From Carcharhinus amblyrhynchos (lineage: Eukaryota): a stretch of DNA of 64,000 nt. This document shows positions 50,268-63,530 of the stretch, in pieces. The stretch lies in contig OZ336873.1 of assembly GCA_965287045.1 (NCBI GenBank), positions 36,208,001 through 36,272,000 on the forward strand. Direction: 5' to 3'. The notes beneath the pieces are model-generated. The model ran no database searches and was not told the DNA's origin. It saw nothing but the letters and a program-made list of their open reading frames with translations. Both the position numbers and the translations under genes were made by a program. The first letter of the stretch is position 1. Every line of letters starts with the position of its first letter.

Positions 50268-51200
50268 TTAACCTCGATGTTCTGGATCTTCCATTTCAGC
50301 CTCCTCTTCTGCCTCCTCTTCCACATCCAGCTCCTCCTCTATTTCTGATGACGTCCTTGAGGTTTTGCCCTCTTCAAAGTGCACAGCTCTCCAGAGAGCG
50401 ATGTTATGGAGAGTGCAGCAGAGCATCTTAATATCTGAGATCCTCACGTAGGGCACTGCCCGACCAGTCCAGGCACCAGAACTGCATCTTCAGAAGGCCA
50501 ACGGTCTGCTTAATGGCTGTCCTACTGAGCAGGCAGCATTGGTTGTAGTGCATCTGTATCTCAATCTGGGTCTTTGAGAGTTGAGTAGCCATCTCTTCAA
50601 AAGGATGTCCCTTGTCCATGAATACATGCATTGAATTTTGGGAGATTGGCTGCAGTAGCCTGGACTACCAAAGGATGAAGAAACCATGGCAACTGCCAGG
50701 AAAGTGAGTGCAAAAGTAGAGGAAACTCTTACTATTATCAGAGACCAGTTAAACATTGAGGAAGTGGAAGTCCTTCCTGTTGATGAATCTCCCTGGCTGG
50801 TCACAGGGTGTCTTGATGGCCACATGGATATAATTGATGATGCCCCGGACCTGGGGAATCCAGTGATGGAGGTGAAACTCACTGTCCTTTGTGCCTAAAA
50901 GACCTCCATCTGTCTGGAAATTAATGTACTGTCCAGCTCTCGCAAATAATGCATCAATGGCCAGCAAAATATAGCAGTGTGCAGTTATTTGCGAGACACC
51001 ACCAAGATTCACAGCTGATCCTTGGAAGGATCCAAAGGCAAAGAGGTTTAAGGCCGCAGTGACTATGGCAGTAATGGGAAGGGCATAGTGAGCAGTACTG
51101 CGAGACATCAGGTTTTCTGCCACAAGGGCACAAATCTTTTTGACAATCTCCCTGGAGAGTGGCAGTCTCCTGTGATACTGATTCTTTCATCTCGAGGTAT
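50268..51200 (-). pseudogene. Decayed PIF/Harbinger DDE transposase (HARBI1-like)
   Basis: VTAALNLFAFGSFQ..GVSQ (HTH), GFP.V.GII..IHVAI, FINRKDFHFLNV, FPGSCH, DKG.P, IKQTVGLLKMQFWCL, CCTLHNIA and an acidic tail. Multiple frameshifts. Confidence 0.9.
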
Positions 51201-51208
51201 CTCCTTCT

Positions 51209-51540
51209 TCATAGAATCCCTACAGTGTAAAAGGAGGCCATTTGGCCCAGCGAATCTGCACCAACTCTCCAACAGATCACCTTACCCATGCTCTATCCCC
51301 ATAACTGCACATATTTACCATGCTAATCCCCCAACCTACACATGTTGGACACTAAGGAGCAATTTAGCATAGCCCACCTAACCTGCACATCTTTGGGCTG
51401 TGGGAGGAAACCACAGCATTCGGAGGAAACCCACGCAGGCACCTGGTGCAAACTCCACACAGAGAGTTACCCAAGGCTGGGATTGAACGCGGGTCCCTGG
51501 TGCTGTGTGGCAGCAGTGCTAATCACTGTGCCATCATGCC
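51209..51540 (-). mobile_element. HE1 SINE, tail A, inserted in the Harbinger relic
   Basis: CATAGAATCCCTACAGTG tail, V-domain and head. Confidence 0.9.
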
Positions 51541-52977
51541 TCTGGTTACTTTGCCATTAGATCTTGCTGAGGGTATGGTCCCTGTCCTTTCTGCATCTTA
51601 CCCCTCAGGCTACTCTCCTGACGCCCAGGGTTCTACCCTTCCTGTAGACATCATTGCTGTTCATTGCCACCAGACCAAAAGTCTAAGATCTGTGCCCATT
51701 TGCAGCTGCAGCCTTCCTTGTGCTCAGATTGACCCCTTAACATATTTGGTAGCCTTGTCCCTTCCTCTTATGATCCCATAAAGCTAGGAGGGTGATAATT
51801 CCCTGTCCGAGAACTTACTCCTCACTCTAACCACAATCTGTGGTCCTCGATGGCATGTGTGTGTCAATGGTTGAGTTCTGCTTTGCATCATTTACCCTCT
51901 CACTGGGTCCACCTAATTTTTGGGGTGGCCATGATTACCTCCCAGCTGTGCACCACTCCATTCAGTTGGTCTGCCTGAGACTCATGTACCCCAGTCAAAA
52001 TCAGAACATGTCCCTTAACAAACTCTCAGTGTGCTCTTTAACAAAGTTAATTGGTTTTAATGGATCAGATGAGATCTTGGAGCTGTCCTCACCCCTGCCT
52101 TAGGAAACCTGCAGTGTTGGGAATAGCATCTGGCAACTCAGTGGGACATGAAATTTCAACTTTGAGTCTGATTGCCCTCACTCATAGTAGAAACCCTACA
52201 ATTCAGTTCACCGAATCAGGATTGGTCAGGATTTCTACACTTGACTGGGCTTAGTTATAATGGCTCGTTGTGACTGTCAGACTTTACCCTAATAAAAATA
52301 TAAAGGCTTCAGGAAAATCAAAGGAGAGAGAAACAGGTTACTGGAGGTAAAGAACCTGTTAACTGTAATTTACTCCAAGGTGCTCTTATTTTTGTCAACT
52401 TATAACTTCCTTCTTCATAAGCTGAACAATTAAAAAAGACAGTAAAATTTACTTCTCAATTTATTTGGAAGTCAGTTGGTCAATAGAAATTTATTTTAAT
52501 CTGCAGATAGGATGGACTTTAAGACATCAAGACATTTTCAAATATAAGACAGACTACAATGGTTAAGTTGTTAATTAAAACATTTTAATAATGATTATCC
52601 CATCAATAAAATGGTCTACACACATATTGTACTTCTTTATTGAACATTGGTGCAGCTGTTTTGCTCGGTGGTTCTGCTGCAAGATATGATCTGCTTTCAG
52701 TCAACATTATTTCTAGACAAACAGCAGTGTATGTAACAAATGGCACCATGCCTGTATATAACATGCTGCTGTTCACTTACCAAACATACCATGCCAGCAC
52801 CAATACCACCTACTTGCACGTCTGTAATATTTCCAAATCTGTCCCTACTCAGTTCATCTGCACTGAAAACCTCATCCATGCCTCAAGACATGACTTTTCT
52901 GATACCCTCCAACCCAGCCTCCCATCATCTACCCTTCATGAACATTAGTTCATTCATTACCCTGTGCTTATTGACTT

Positions 52978-54577
52978 ACATAAGAACATAAGAACATAAG
53001 AAATAGGAGCAGGAGTAGGCCATCTAGCCCTTCGAGCCTGCCCCGCCATTCAATAAGATCATGGCTGATCTGTCGTGGCTCAGTTCCACATTCCCGCCCT
53101 CTCCCCATAACCCTTAATCCCCTCTCTTATCAAAAACCCATCAACCCGCGTCTTAAAAATATTTAGCGAGGCAGCCTCCACCACTTCAACGGGCAGAGAA
53201 TTCCAGAGATTCACCACCCTTTGAGTGAAGAAGTTCCTCCTCAACTCTGTTCTAAACCGCCCCCCTTTATCTTGAGGCTGTGCCCCCTAGTCCTCCTGTC
53301 TTTTTTGAGCGGGAAGAGTCTCTCCACCTCTATCCTATCCATCCCATTCATCATCTTATACGTCTCAATGAGATCTCCCCTCATTCTTCTAAACTCCAAC
53401 GAGTACAAGCCCAGTTCATTCAGCCTCTCCTCATAGCTCAACCCCCTCAACTCCGGCATCAGCCTAGTAAACCTCCTCTGCACTCCCTCCAAGGCCAAAA
53501 TATCTTTGCGCAGGTGCGGCGCCCAAAACTGCACACAGTACTCCAGCTGCGGCCTCACCAATGCCCTATACAGCTGCAGCAAGACCTCCCTACTTTTATA
53601 TTCAACCCCCCTCGCTATGAAGGCCAGCATCCCATTCGCCTTCCTGACCACCTGCTGCACCTGCAAGCTGGGTTTTTGCGACTCATGCACAAGGACCCCG
53701 AGGTCCCTCTGCACCGTCGCCTGCTGCAGTTTTTCGCCACGTAATTAATAGTCCTTCCTACCATTATTCCTACCAAAGTGGACCACCTCACACTTGCCAA
53801 CATTAAATTCCATTTGCCATTTCCTGGCCCATTCGCCCAGCCTATCTAGATCCTTCTGCAGACTCTCCACACCCTCCGCACAATTTGCCGTTCCCCCAAT
53901 CTTGGTGTCATCAGCAAATTTCGACACCCTACACTCGGTTCCCTCCTCCAGATCATCTATATAAATGGTGAAAAGCTGAGGCCCCAGCACCGATCCCTGG
54001 GGCACTCCACTAGTCACCATCCGCCAATCCGAATAGCACCCATTAACCCCCACTCTCTGCCTCCTATTTGACAACCAATCCTCTATCCACGCTAACACCC
54101 TGCTCCCAACTCCATGTCCCCTGACCTTCTGCAATAACCTCTTGTGAGGTACTTTGTCAAACGCCTTCTGAAAATCAAGAAAGACCACATCCACCAGCTC
54201 TCCTCTATCCACCGCCCTAGACACATCCTCATAGAACTCCAGTAAATTTGTCAGACACGACTTCCCTTTAATGAAACCATGCTGCGTCCGCTCTATCAAG
54301 CAATTGCCTTCAAGATGCCTCGCAATTTCCTCCTTAATGATGGATTCTAACATTTTACCTACCACAGATGTTAAACTAATCGGCCTATAATTCCCCGCCT
54401 TTTGCCTGGCACCCTTCTTAAACAACGGCGTAACATTAGCCGTTTTCCAATCTTCCGGCACTTCCCCGGAATCCAGCGACGTCTGGAAAATAACCACCAA
54501 GGCATCCACTATCACCTCCGCCATTTCTTTCAGAACCCTCGGATGCATTCCATCCGGTCCTGGGGACTTGTCCACAC
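52978..54577 (-). mobile_element. Young 5'-truncated CR1 (HER1-like) LINE, 1.6 kb, with reverse transcriptase domain
   Basis: [64 protein letters not shown]..; one in-frame TAA (53745-53747) and one 1-nt frameshift in a G run (about 53261); (AAGAACAT)n tail. Confidence 0.97.
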
Positions 54578-54812
54578 TGCATTTCAATTTTAAAATTCTC
54601 ATTTTATTTTCAAATCCCTCCACTTTCTTCCTCTTCCTTATCTGGTTAACCTTGTAGAACCTCTGACTGCCTCTTCCTTATCCGTATTTTAATGTCTTTA
54701 CAATTGGTGACCCTTCCTCTGTAGTCTAGGCCCAGAACTCTGGAATGATCTGTCTAGAGTTCCCTACTTCTCAAGCTCTCTCTCTTTCTTCAAGGCATTT
54801 CTTAAAATCTAT

Positions 54813-54946
54813 GGGCGCGATCTTACCTGCAGTTCATACCATGCTCCTGCTGGAATGAGGAGAATTTGGCAGCCAGCCAAATCTCTGTTCACTGCAGCGG
54901 GATAGGAAAATCCCGCTGGCATGAACAGTGATAGGATTCCGGCCTC
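54813..54946. mobile_element. 134-bp MITE with 3-bp TSD
   Basis: GGGCGCGATCTTAC ... TAGGATTCCGGCCTC imperfect TIRs flanked by TAT/TAT (54810-12, 54947-49). A 3-bp TSD fits PIF/Harbinger. Confidence 0.6.
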
Positions 54947-55274
54947 TATCTTTGACCAAACATTTGGTCTTTTATCCTCATGAAACTTGGTATAAATTTT
55001 AATTGCTAATGCTCATATGTAGTGTCTTAGGACGTTTTATGATGTTAAAAATGATTTCTAATGCAAGATACTTTGTGGTATTTCAATTCAATCCAGTTTG
55101 AGCACACCATGTCAGTCATATAAAAACAGAAATTATAGGATGGATATAACATTCTTATTAGCGTTAAAATGCTCTTCGGTCTTTTTTTTAATATTACCTT
55201 CTGTTCAATAGTTACATAACAACTAACGACTTGCAGCTACTTAGAGCGTAAGAGCTCCAGCCTTGGTCATTTAT

Positions 55275-55385
55275 TCACGTTGCACTCTCAGAACCGGCAG
55301 GTGATCACTGCATTAAACATTTATGGTACAGGCTCATTTCAGGCAACAATGAGGAATCTACAAAGCATCAGCCAGGCTGCAAAAC
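55275..55385 (+). mobile_element. Short Harbinger transposase relic
   Basis: QVITALNIYGTGSFQATMRNLQSISQAA resembles the HARBI1-family QV.AAL.FY.SGSFQ......GISQ motif. Confidence 0.55.
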
Positions 55386-56914
55386 AGGGTCTCCAAGGAA
55401 GAAAGAGAAATTGGCCAATGTGTTCACTTGTCTGCTCTGGTCAGGTCACGTTACTTTATGTGGCACATCTCTGCAATCACGGTGTTGAGAAAATTGGTAC
55501 TTATTGCTCGTGTCACCCATCTTTTGGTAGATTTACTGCCACAGACACTGAACAGTCAGTCTATTTTGTTTCAAAGAAAACTTGCAGGTCAGAGTCGATT
55601 AAATTATAGCAGCACCGTCTCTGCCCTGTGTGAGACATTCTTGTACAGCAACACAAAAGCATTCATGGGACATCCAGTCAAGTTGGCTGACAATCAACTG
55701 ACTTGAGGCATACATTGTCCCCTACTTGCCTACTGCTGTGATCTTCAGCCAAAACTTGCTTTTTGAAAGCCATTCTCTAATTTACATGCACCAAGTAGAT
55801 AATTTCCATTCTGCACAGTTTTACAAAAACTATTCCAGTGAATAATCAATGTTCTTAAGCAGGAAATTATAATGGAAATATCCTTCCAGACTATTGGTGG
55901 GCGCAACACACTTCTCATTATTGTAAAAGCAGTGCAAATCACCATGCATAATTTCTAGGCTGCAGTGTGTATGTTTTGCTGACGGCCTCAATTTCACTTA
56001 CCTTAATGACATAGAATGAGGAATAGGAAAGGATGAAAGAGGCAGACACATGGGTAACTGCAAAAGGGTGGATGCAGAAACCCATATGGAGGGGGTGAGG
56101 GAATGGAAATGAAATGGGGTAAAGAAAATGCAATCAATTTCTCTCAAGAGCAGATGAAAGGCTGAACTTGAGCTTTTCTTCCAGAAATATGGAGAAAACC
56201 TGTCAGCAATGCGAAAGAAACAGAAAATGTTGGAAATGCAAAGCAAGGCAGTCAGGATTTGAAACAGAGAAGACAGGTTCACGCTTTGTCTGAAAGCATT
56301 TCAACAGACGCGACCTGAGCTGTTAATTGTTCTCAGATGCTAATAGAAATGCTAAGCATTGTTTTTGGTTTTCACTTGGCGTTTTATGCAGCCTTATTGA
56401 CTAGCCAGTGGGTACTAATATTGATATAACATGACTTGAAAAATGCTATTTGAATTTGAAAACACTAATCCGGGCAATTCACTTCTGATGTTTACAGTCC
56501 AATCCTCAGCATGTTCTATTCAAACAGAAGCTTTGAGTTAATTAAAACCTTACACTTTAATAAGCTCTCCAAGGCTTTAATTAACTCAGTGCCTTCTAAT
56601 TCAACATTATAACTGTAGCGCAATCTCTGAAAGGTATCGTAACATTTTCCAAGGAAAAATCTATTACTGCTGTTTGAATTTTACTTTCCTGCTAATAATA
56701 ATTGATCCAAAGGCTGGTTCAAAAGAATATTTTGTTTTAAAGTTACGAACACCAATAATTTATGTATCACCTGTAGATAGAGTGTCAATTTTGCAGAATG
56801 TCTTTTGATTAAGCATCTTTGAACATTTATGCAAATAAGAAAAGATTTATCATATCAAGTGGTTTTGTTACAAAGTATTTCCTGGGTAAGCATTTGCATA
56901 TCTGTTCGAGCCAT

Positions 56915-57650
56915 GATTGACAGAGAGGTAGTTAATAGATGTTTTGCAGGCTGGAGGAAGGCTTGTAGTGGAGTTCCCCAGGGGTCACTGTTGGGACCTT
57001 TCTTTTCCTGATATATATTAATGAATTTGACCTCAGTGTACTGGGCACAATTTCAAAGTTTGCAGATGATACAAAACTTGGAAGTATCGTGAACTGTGAG
57101 GAGGGTAGTGTAGAACTTCAAAACGACATAGACAAGCTGGTGGGCTTGCAGATAGGTGGTAGATGAAGTTCAATAGAGAAATGTTAAATGATTCATTTTG
57201 GTAGCATGGACATGGAGAAGTCATATAAAACAAAAGGTACAATTCTAAAGTGGGGGTTGTGGGAGCAGAGGGACCTGGCTGTAGATGTGCACAGATCATT
57301 GAAGGCGGCAGTTCAGCTTGAGAAAGCAGTTAATAAAACATACAGTATCCTAGTCCATTTTAATAGGATTACTGAGCACAAGAGCAAAAAGAGGTTGTGG
57401 TAAATGGGTATAAGGCACTCGTTCAGTCTCAGCTGGAGTATTGTGTCCAGTTCTGGGTTCCACCCTTTTAAAGGTGTGAAGACACTGGAGACAGTGCTGA
57501 AAAGATTCAGTTGCTGGAATGAAGAACGCCAGTTATGAGGGTAGGTTGGAGAAGTAGAAGCTGTTTTCCTTGGAGTAAGAAAGGTTGAGAGAGAGTTGAT
57601 AGAGGTATTCAAAATCATGAGGGGTCTGGACAGAGGAGATAGGGAGTTCA
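56915..57650 (+). mobile_element. CR1 RT fragment
   Basis: SGVPQGSLLGP, KFADDTKLG, QLEYCVQFW. Confidence 0.88.
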
Positions 57651-58614
57651 CCACTCGAGATTTCCAGACCTGATAACTAAATTAGACTAACCATTGCACT
57701 GATCAGTGGTGACACCAATCCAAGTGGTCAGTGGTATAGTGATAGTTAGAATCGACCTGCCATATACATCTGTGCCTCAGATAGCAGCACCTGTTAGACC
57801 TCTAGCTTCCCCCTCAGAGAAACATACCATTACACACAGGAGGCAACAGACTGCCCAGAGACAAGCTCTTGTGATGCACATCACTAATATTTAACTACTC
57901 ATTGTGCACCGTGAAATCAGCCTTAGCCACAAACTCATTCAGCACTCATTTGAACACTAGCAATATCTTGCTGTGTACTTTGCCGCAATTAAAGAGATTG
58001 TGTATTGGCATCATAATTCATGGACATTAGAAGCATACAGGAAAGAGTACATTTATTTTGTTCTGCCAATCACAAGATTATTGCCATTTTGTCTTTTAAA
58101 ATCACTACTGGACTGAAGGAATATTTCTTTATTTGAAAGTGGAGCAAGAGGTAAACTGTCATAGGTCAACTATGATATATGGAAGAGAAGACATGGAGAT
58201 TTGCTTTGAATCTCCTTGCAGTAGCCAGTGAATTATTGTGCAGGTCATCATTATGCTCTCTTCCACATAGTTCTTCCTCCAGAATTAATTGGGCATTAAT
58301 TGTTCTTTATGGGTTTTAGCTAATGGCAGGTAGAAAAGCTGCCTTCCTGTTACAGACTTAATCGGGGTGGATGGGAGATGTCCACCTCCTAATTTAAAAG
58401 TCCTTGCTAACAAACCTGCCGAAGGGGAGAGCATAAAAGTATATGATTTAACACATGATCAGTGGGCTAATAGCAAATACAATTGTGAGGATCTAGGCAG
58501 ACAATATCCTCCCAGACATCGATAGGATTCGCTCATGAATGAAAGGAAATCTATGAGTGACATTGATTAACTTGGTGCCTAACTTGCCTCTCCCTAAATA
58601 AAAAGGGAGAATTT

Positions 58615-60650
58615 AGAGCATAAGACCATCAAGAAATATAAAAACAGACAGTAAATCTTCTGCAAGTATATAAAAAGGAAAAGAGCTCGTAAAGTAAGCG
58701 TGATCCCTTAGAGAGTGAGACTAGGAAAATAATAATGGAAAACAAGGAAATGACAGAGACTTTGAAGGAGTATTTTGTATCTGTCTGGATGGTGAAGACA
58801 CCACGCATCCCAAGAATAGTAGGAAATCAAGAAGCAAAAGGCAGCAATGAGCTTAAAACAATCATGATCAACAAAGAAAAAGTATTGGGAAAACTAATGG
58901 GACTGAATGCTGACCTGATGGTGCATGAATAGTGAATGCATTGGTTGTAATCTTCTAGTGTTCACTGGATTCTACAAAGTTCTCAATGGATTGGAAAACT
59001 GCAAATGTAACACTTCTGTTCAAGAAAGGACAGAGATGAAAAACAGGAAACCATAGGCCAGTTAGTCCAACATTTGTCATCGGGAGAATTTGAGAATTAA
59101 TTATTAAGTAAGTAGTAGCTGGGCACATGGAAAATCATAACATAGTCAGGCAGAGTCAACATAGCTTTTTGAAATGGAAATCCTGTTTGACAGAAATATT
59201 AGTTATTTGATAATAGAGTGGATAAAGGGGAACAAGTAGATATAGTGTATTTGGATTTCCAAAAGGCATTGAATAAGGTGTCAAGTTACTACACACAACA
59301 AGAACCCATGGTGTTGGGAGTGATCCATTATCATGGTTAAACAATTAAGAGAGTTGGGAAAAATTCATTTTCAACTTAGCAAACTGTTACTTGTAGAGTA
59401 TCACAGAATTAGTGTTGGGGCCTCAACTATTTATGAGCTAAGTTAATCACTTGGATGAAAGATATTCCATTTCAGAAAGATTCCACTGCTGCATGCTGCT
59501 TTTCTCTCCCAGTTTTATTAAAAATAGAATGATTCCAAAGAGAAGATCTCCCATAGGATTTACGTAGAATACTCATCACACATTGCGTATCTAGCAAGTG
59601 CTTTCAGTTCTTATTACATATTTAAAAAATATGTTGCTTATATTTTATTTAGTATTTGAGTGTAAGTTGTCCAACTAAGGGTGTAATTGTAGTTCTTTCT
59701 GTTCAATCTGGGATATAACAAATAGAGGTCCATAACAGTACTTTCGCTAAATCTGCTGACTGGTACAAAAATTGGTAATAAAGCAAGTGGTATGGAGGGC
59801 ACCAAGAGATAAGTTAAATGAGTAAGTAAAAATTTGGCTGGTGGAGTGTCATTTGGAGAATGTGAATGGTCCATTTGGGCAGGGAGAATAGAAAAAGGGA
59901 ATATTGTTTAAATGGAGAGAGAATGCAAAATGCTGCAGTACAGACCTCGGAGCCCTTGTACGTGAATCACAAAAAGCCAGCATGCAAATAATTTGGAAAT
60001 CAAATGGAATTTTGACCTTAATCGCAAGGGGCTGGAGTATATAAGTAGAGAAGTCTTGTCATGATTGTACATGGCATTGCTAAGATGGCACCTAGAGTAT
60101 TATGTACGGTTTTGGTCTCCATACATAAGGAGCAATATAATTGTATTGGAAGCTGCTCGGAGAAGGTTCACACTTCCGATTCCTGGGATGAAGGGCTGTC
60201 TTATGAGGAGCAGTTGGACAAGTTTGACCCATACTCATTGGAGTTTAGGACGATGGGAGTGATCTTATTTTAACATATAAAACTCTGAGGGGGTTTGATA
60301 GGACAGATACTGAGAGGATATTTCCCTCCATGGGGGAATCTAGAACTAGGAGACACAGTTTAATATTAAGGGGTCTTCAATTTAAGGCTGAAATGAAGAG
60401 AAATTTCTTCTCTCAGTGGGTCGTTAGTCTTTGGCATTCTCTTTCTCAGAGAGCAGTGGAGGCTGGTCATTCAACATATTTCAGGTTGCATTAGACATGA
60501 TTTTGGTCTGCAAGGGAGTCAAGAGCTATGAAGGGGTCACCAGGAAAGTGTGGTTAAAAACCACATTCAGATCAGCCAAGATCAGATTGAATTGTGGGGT
60601 AGTCTCGATGGGCCAAATAGCCTACTCCTGCTCCTATTTCTTATGATTTC
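58615..60650 (+). mobile_element. Old CR1 LINE fragment (about 1.7 kb) interrupted at 59464-59740
   Basis: [50 protein letters not shown] and 3' UTR ending CCTATTTCTTATG. Confidence 0.88.
59464..59736 (+). repeat. Diverged direct copy of 60897-61176
   Basis: Shared blocks ATTCCATTT.AGAAAGATTC, AATAGAATGATTCCAAAGAG, AATACTCATC, CTAGCAAG.GCTT, TTCTTATTACA, ATCTGGGATA, AGGTCCATAAC in the same order. Confidence 0.85.
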
Positions 60651-61887
60651 ATGACCTTGTAATCTTTCTGAAGGGAATATTTCCATGCCGTTTGACATCC
60701 TCCTATCCAGCTGTGTTGAGATTATGAATTCCATTCTATGTAATAGAATGGAGTAATAGGAGGCTGTCTCTTTTAATGATCTGAATATTTATTTTTCCAT
60801 TAAAAATTTTAAAAAGTGGCGAAATGGAATTACAATGGACTTTTGGTATTGTTACCTTCAGTTGCTTTACACAGGTCAGTTTTCAGGCACTAGAACATTC
60901 CATTTGAGAAAGATTCTGCTTTAGTATACTGCTTTGTTCTGTTTACTTTTTTTAATAGAATGATTCCAAAGAGGAAGATTCCTACAGAGAAATACTCATC
61001 TCACATTACATCTCTAGCAAGCGCTTCGATTCTTATTACACATTCAAAATTTATTTTGAGCACAGTTTTATTTAATACTTGAGTGTGTTTGATTTGTTCA
61101 TTGAAGGGAGTTATTTTAATTCCCTTTTATATGCCTTGCTGCATGATCTGGGATACAGTAAATAAAGGTCCATAACTCACTGCTACGAACTTAACTAGCG
61201 ACATATTAATATTACCAAGGAAGTTGTAAAGAGTGTAGACTTATAATTCTCTTTGGTGACATGTTGCAGGACTCTAAGTAGAACCATAGCAAATAAGAAT
61301 ATTAAGGCCTGGGGTAATTGACATTTTAAGTATGTCAGTTTCTCTTGTTAAAACAGAGAATTTCTCCCATCACAATAGATTCAGACTTCCATTAGCAAGG
61401 AATAATTCAGCTGGAAAGTACATGATGGGTCTAAGCAAACTATTATGCCCAGATATTTCAGTTCTTTCTCAAGTCCTGATTATGCTAATGAACTGTAAGA
61501 TTCTGGAAAGCAGTTCAAAGAGATAAGGCCTTCATATGATTTGATCTCAAAACCAACATTTTCCCACATGTGTCAATCAAACTGAGCAAGCGGAGTGTGG
61601 CTGACGATGAGTCCCAAAGATGAAACAAAACATTCGGAGACTGACTGGAGCCCCAAATCAAACTGACCTTTTCCTTTTCCTCTTGATGCCTGAGTGAGCT
61701 TGCGTTGCCACAACAGCAAATTGTCAGCCAAGACAAACAGTCAAAGGAAGAGCGAGCAGTCCAATTGCATGTTTTAGTCGAAGGAAAAATACTTTGCTGT
61801 TATATGTTGCATATTAATAATGCAGTCATTATGTAAGATTTCAGCTCTCTCCATGGCTAGGTCTCAAATTCATACTCTTCAAAACAT

Positions 61888-63350
61888 TGAGCAGATTTTT
61901 ATGCCTTGGGCTAAATAATACGTGGAGAAAATGGGCCTGTACTATGCCTGCAATGGTATCGGGTTGTGTTCCCGATGTCACCATGGTAGGCAGATGAGTT
62001 TAGAAATTGGGAGCCCACCCACATTATGCAAATTCAATTTAGTTGCTTAGTTAAACTTGTTAATGTCCCAATTGACTGGAATAATATATCCTGGGAGGAA
62101 TAAAAAAACTTTGGAGAGTGTTAAACATGCCAGGGTTATATTCACATTTTTCAATAAAAAACTGTAAGGGCAGGTTAAAAGTCACCAGTTGAGTCCTTAG
62201 TCTGACCTCAGTAGTTCAGGCTGCTGTGATGCTGTAATATTTGCCGCTGAGAGTTGTGTTTCCAGGGAGAAATTTGCTGCTTTGAAGACTCAGAAAGGTG
62301 CATTTGGACCCTCAACTGTTTCTCAACCTGTTTGGTAGCAAAAACATAGAGATAGAGGTCTCTGTGGGAGACACATCTTTCAATGAGGTGGAGGAGATTG
62401 AGAGGGAGAGGAAGGAGGTCAGATGGTGAGGTTCAGGATGCATTAGTGATGCATGAAGGTGGTAGATCTGTGTTGGAGCAAGTAGCTGATGGAGGAGCAG
62501 AAAGATTGTGCTGCTAATCACATATATAGGCAGAGAGTGAATTATCTTAAAATGTCTGAGACACTGTGCCGCAGGAGGCTCAGGCTCTCCAGAGCCTCAG
62601 CTGGCAGGGAAGACAGCTGCCGACTGTGTTGGTGGTCACCCAAAGCCAGTAACCGTCAAGGTTACTATAGTGCTGGATTCTTTCAGGTTACCTGTGGGGA
62701 CCTTGTCAGTGTCTTCTTAATTGTATTGTTAAGATCCAATAGCAATCACTTTGTTGCATAGTAATTACATTGTAAATGTTTAATGGCAATTATGCTGTTA
62801 AGGTAATTACATTAAACAGGTGATGAGTATTGTCTGACTGTAAATGGGGAGAGCTGAGGGAGGAGGAACTGAGAGAGTCTGAGATTTTGCTTTTGCTGAC
62901 TTGGAAATAAATCTGGTTAAGATACACGTTAATTTTTGACTCATTCTTCCTCAAAACGTAATTATTGGAATTAAAAGACTTCAGTGGCATTATGCAGGCT
63001 GCTGCATATCACTGTTTTAAGGTCTTTGCAGATGCAGTGTTCCAAAAAGCAGGTCAGTACATTGCATTATCAATGGACTGCCACAGCCAGAAGCTTTGCA
63101 GTGATCACTGGTTTCCTCAGGATCCAGGCAGCAAGAGACTCGACTCACATCACCATCAGGCCAGTCCTCTATGTTCATTAACAGGAAGGGCTACTGCTCC
63201 TTAAATGACCAGTTGTACTATGACCACAGTTGAAGCTGGCATAAGGACTACATACCTGATGGCCACAACCTGGAGAAAGGCACAGAGGGTATCATCAAAG
63301 CATGGCCTGGTACTGGCACTTCTTCCCTGCCTCATCCCTTGCTCTGTTGT
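61888..63350 (+). mobile_element. Decayed Harbinger-type element with transposase relic
   Basis: YRQRVNYLKMSETLCRRRLRLSR, GIMQAAAYHCFKVFADAVFQKAGQYI, FAVITGFLRIQAARDSTHITI (cf. GFP.VQGAIDCTHV.I). Confidence 0.75.
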
Positions 63351-63360
63351 CTCGGCTATG

Positions 63361-63530
63361 TATAGAATCCCTTCAGTGCAGAAGGATGCCATTCAGCCCA
63401 TTAAGTCTGCATCAACTTTCCAACAGTTCATCCCACCCTAGCCCCATACATTTATTTCTCTAGCCCATACATTTTAGGAAACAAGGGGCAATTTAGCATG
63501 GCCAATCCATCTAACCCATATATCTTTGGC
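63361..63530 (-). mobile_element. Truncated HE1 SINE, tail A
   Basis: TAGAATCCCTTCAGTGCAGAAGG..GGGGCAATTTAGCATGGCCAATCC. Confidence 0.8.

Larger units (their letters stand above)
52690..55070 (+). mobile_element. Old L2-like LINE fragment, split by the young CR1 and a MITE
   Basis: CTGAAAACCTCATCCATGCC before the CR1; TTTTAAAATTCTCAT..TTCAAATCCCTCCA..CTCTGGAAT..TTTGACCAA after it. Confidence 0.65.

Noticed and set aside
55994-56200. Strong minus-strand donor AAG|GTAAGT near 56000
   Set aside because: The candidate acceptor lies in a repeat-derived pyrimidine tract and no convincing exon results.
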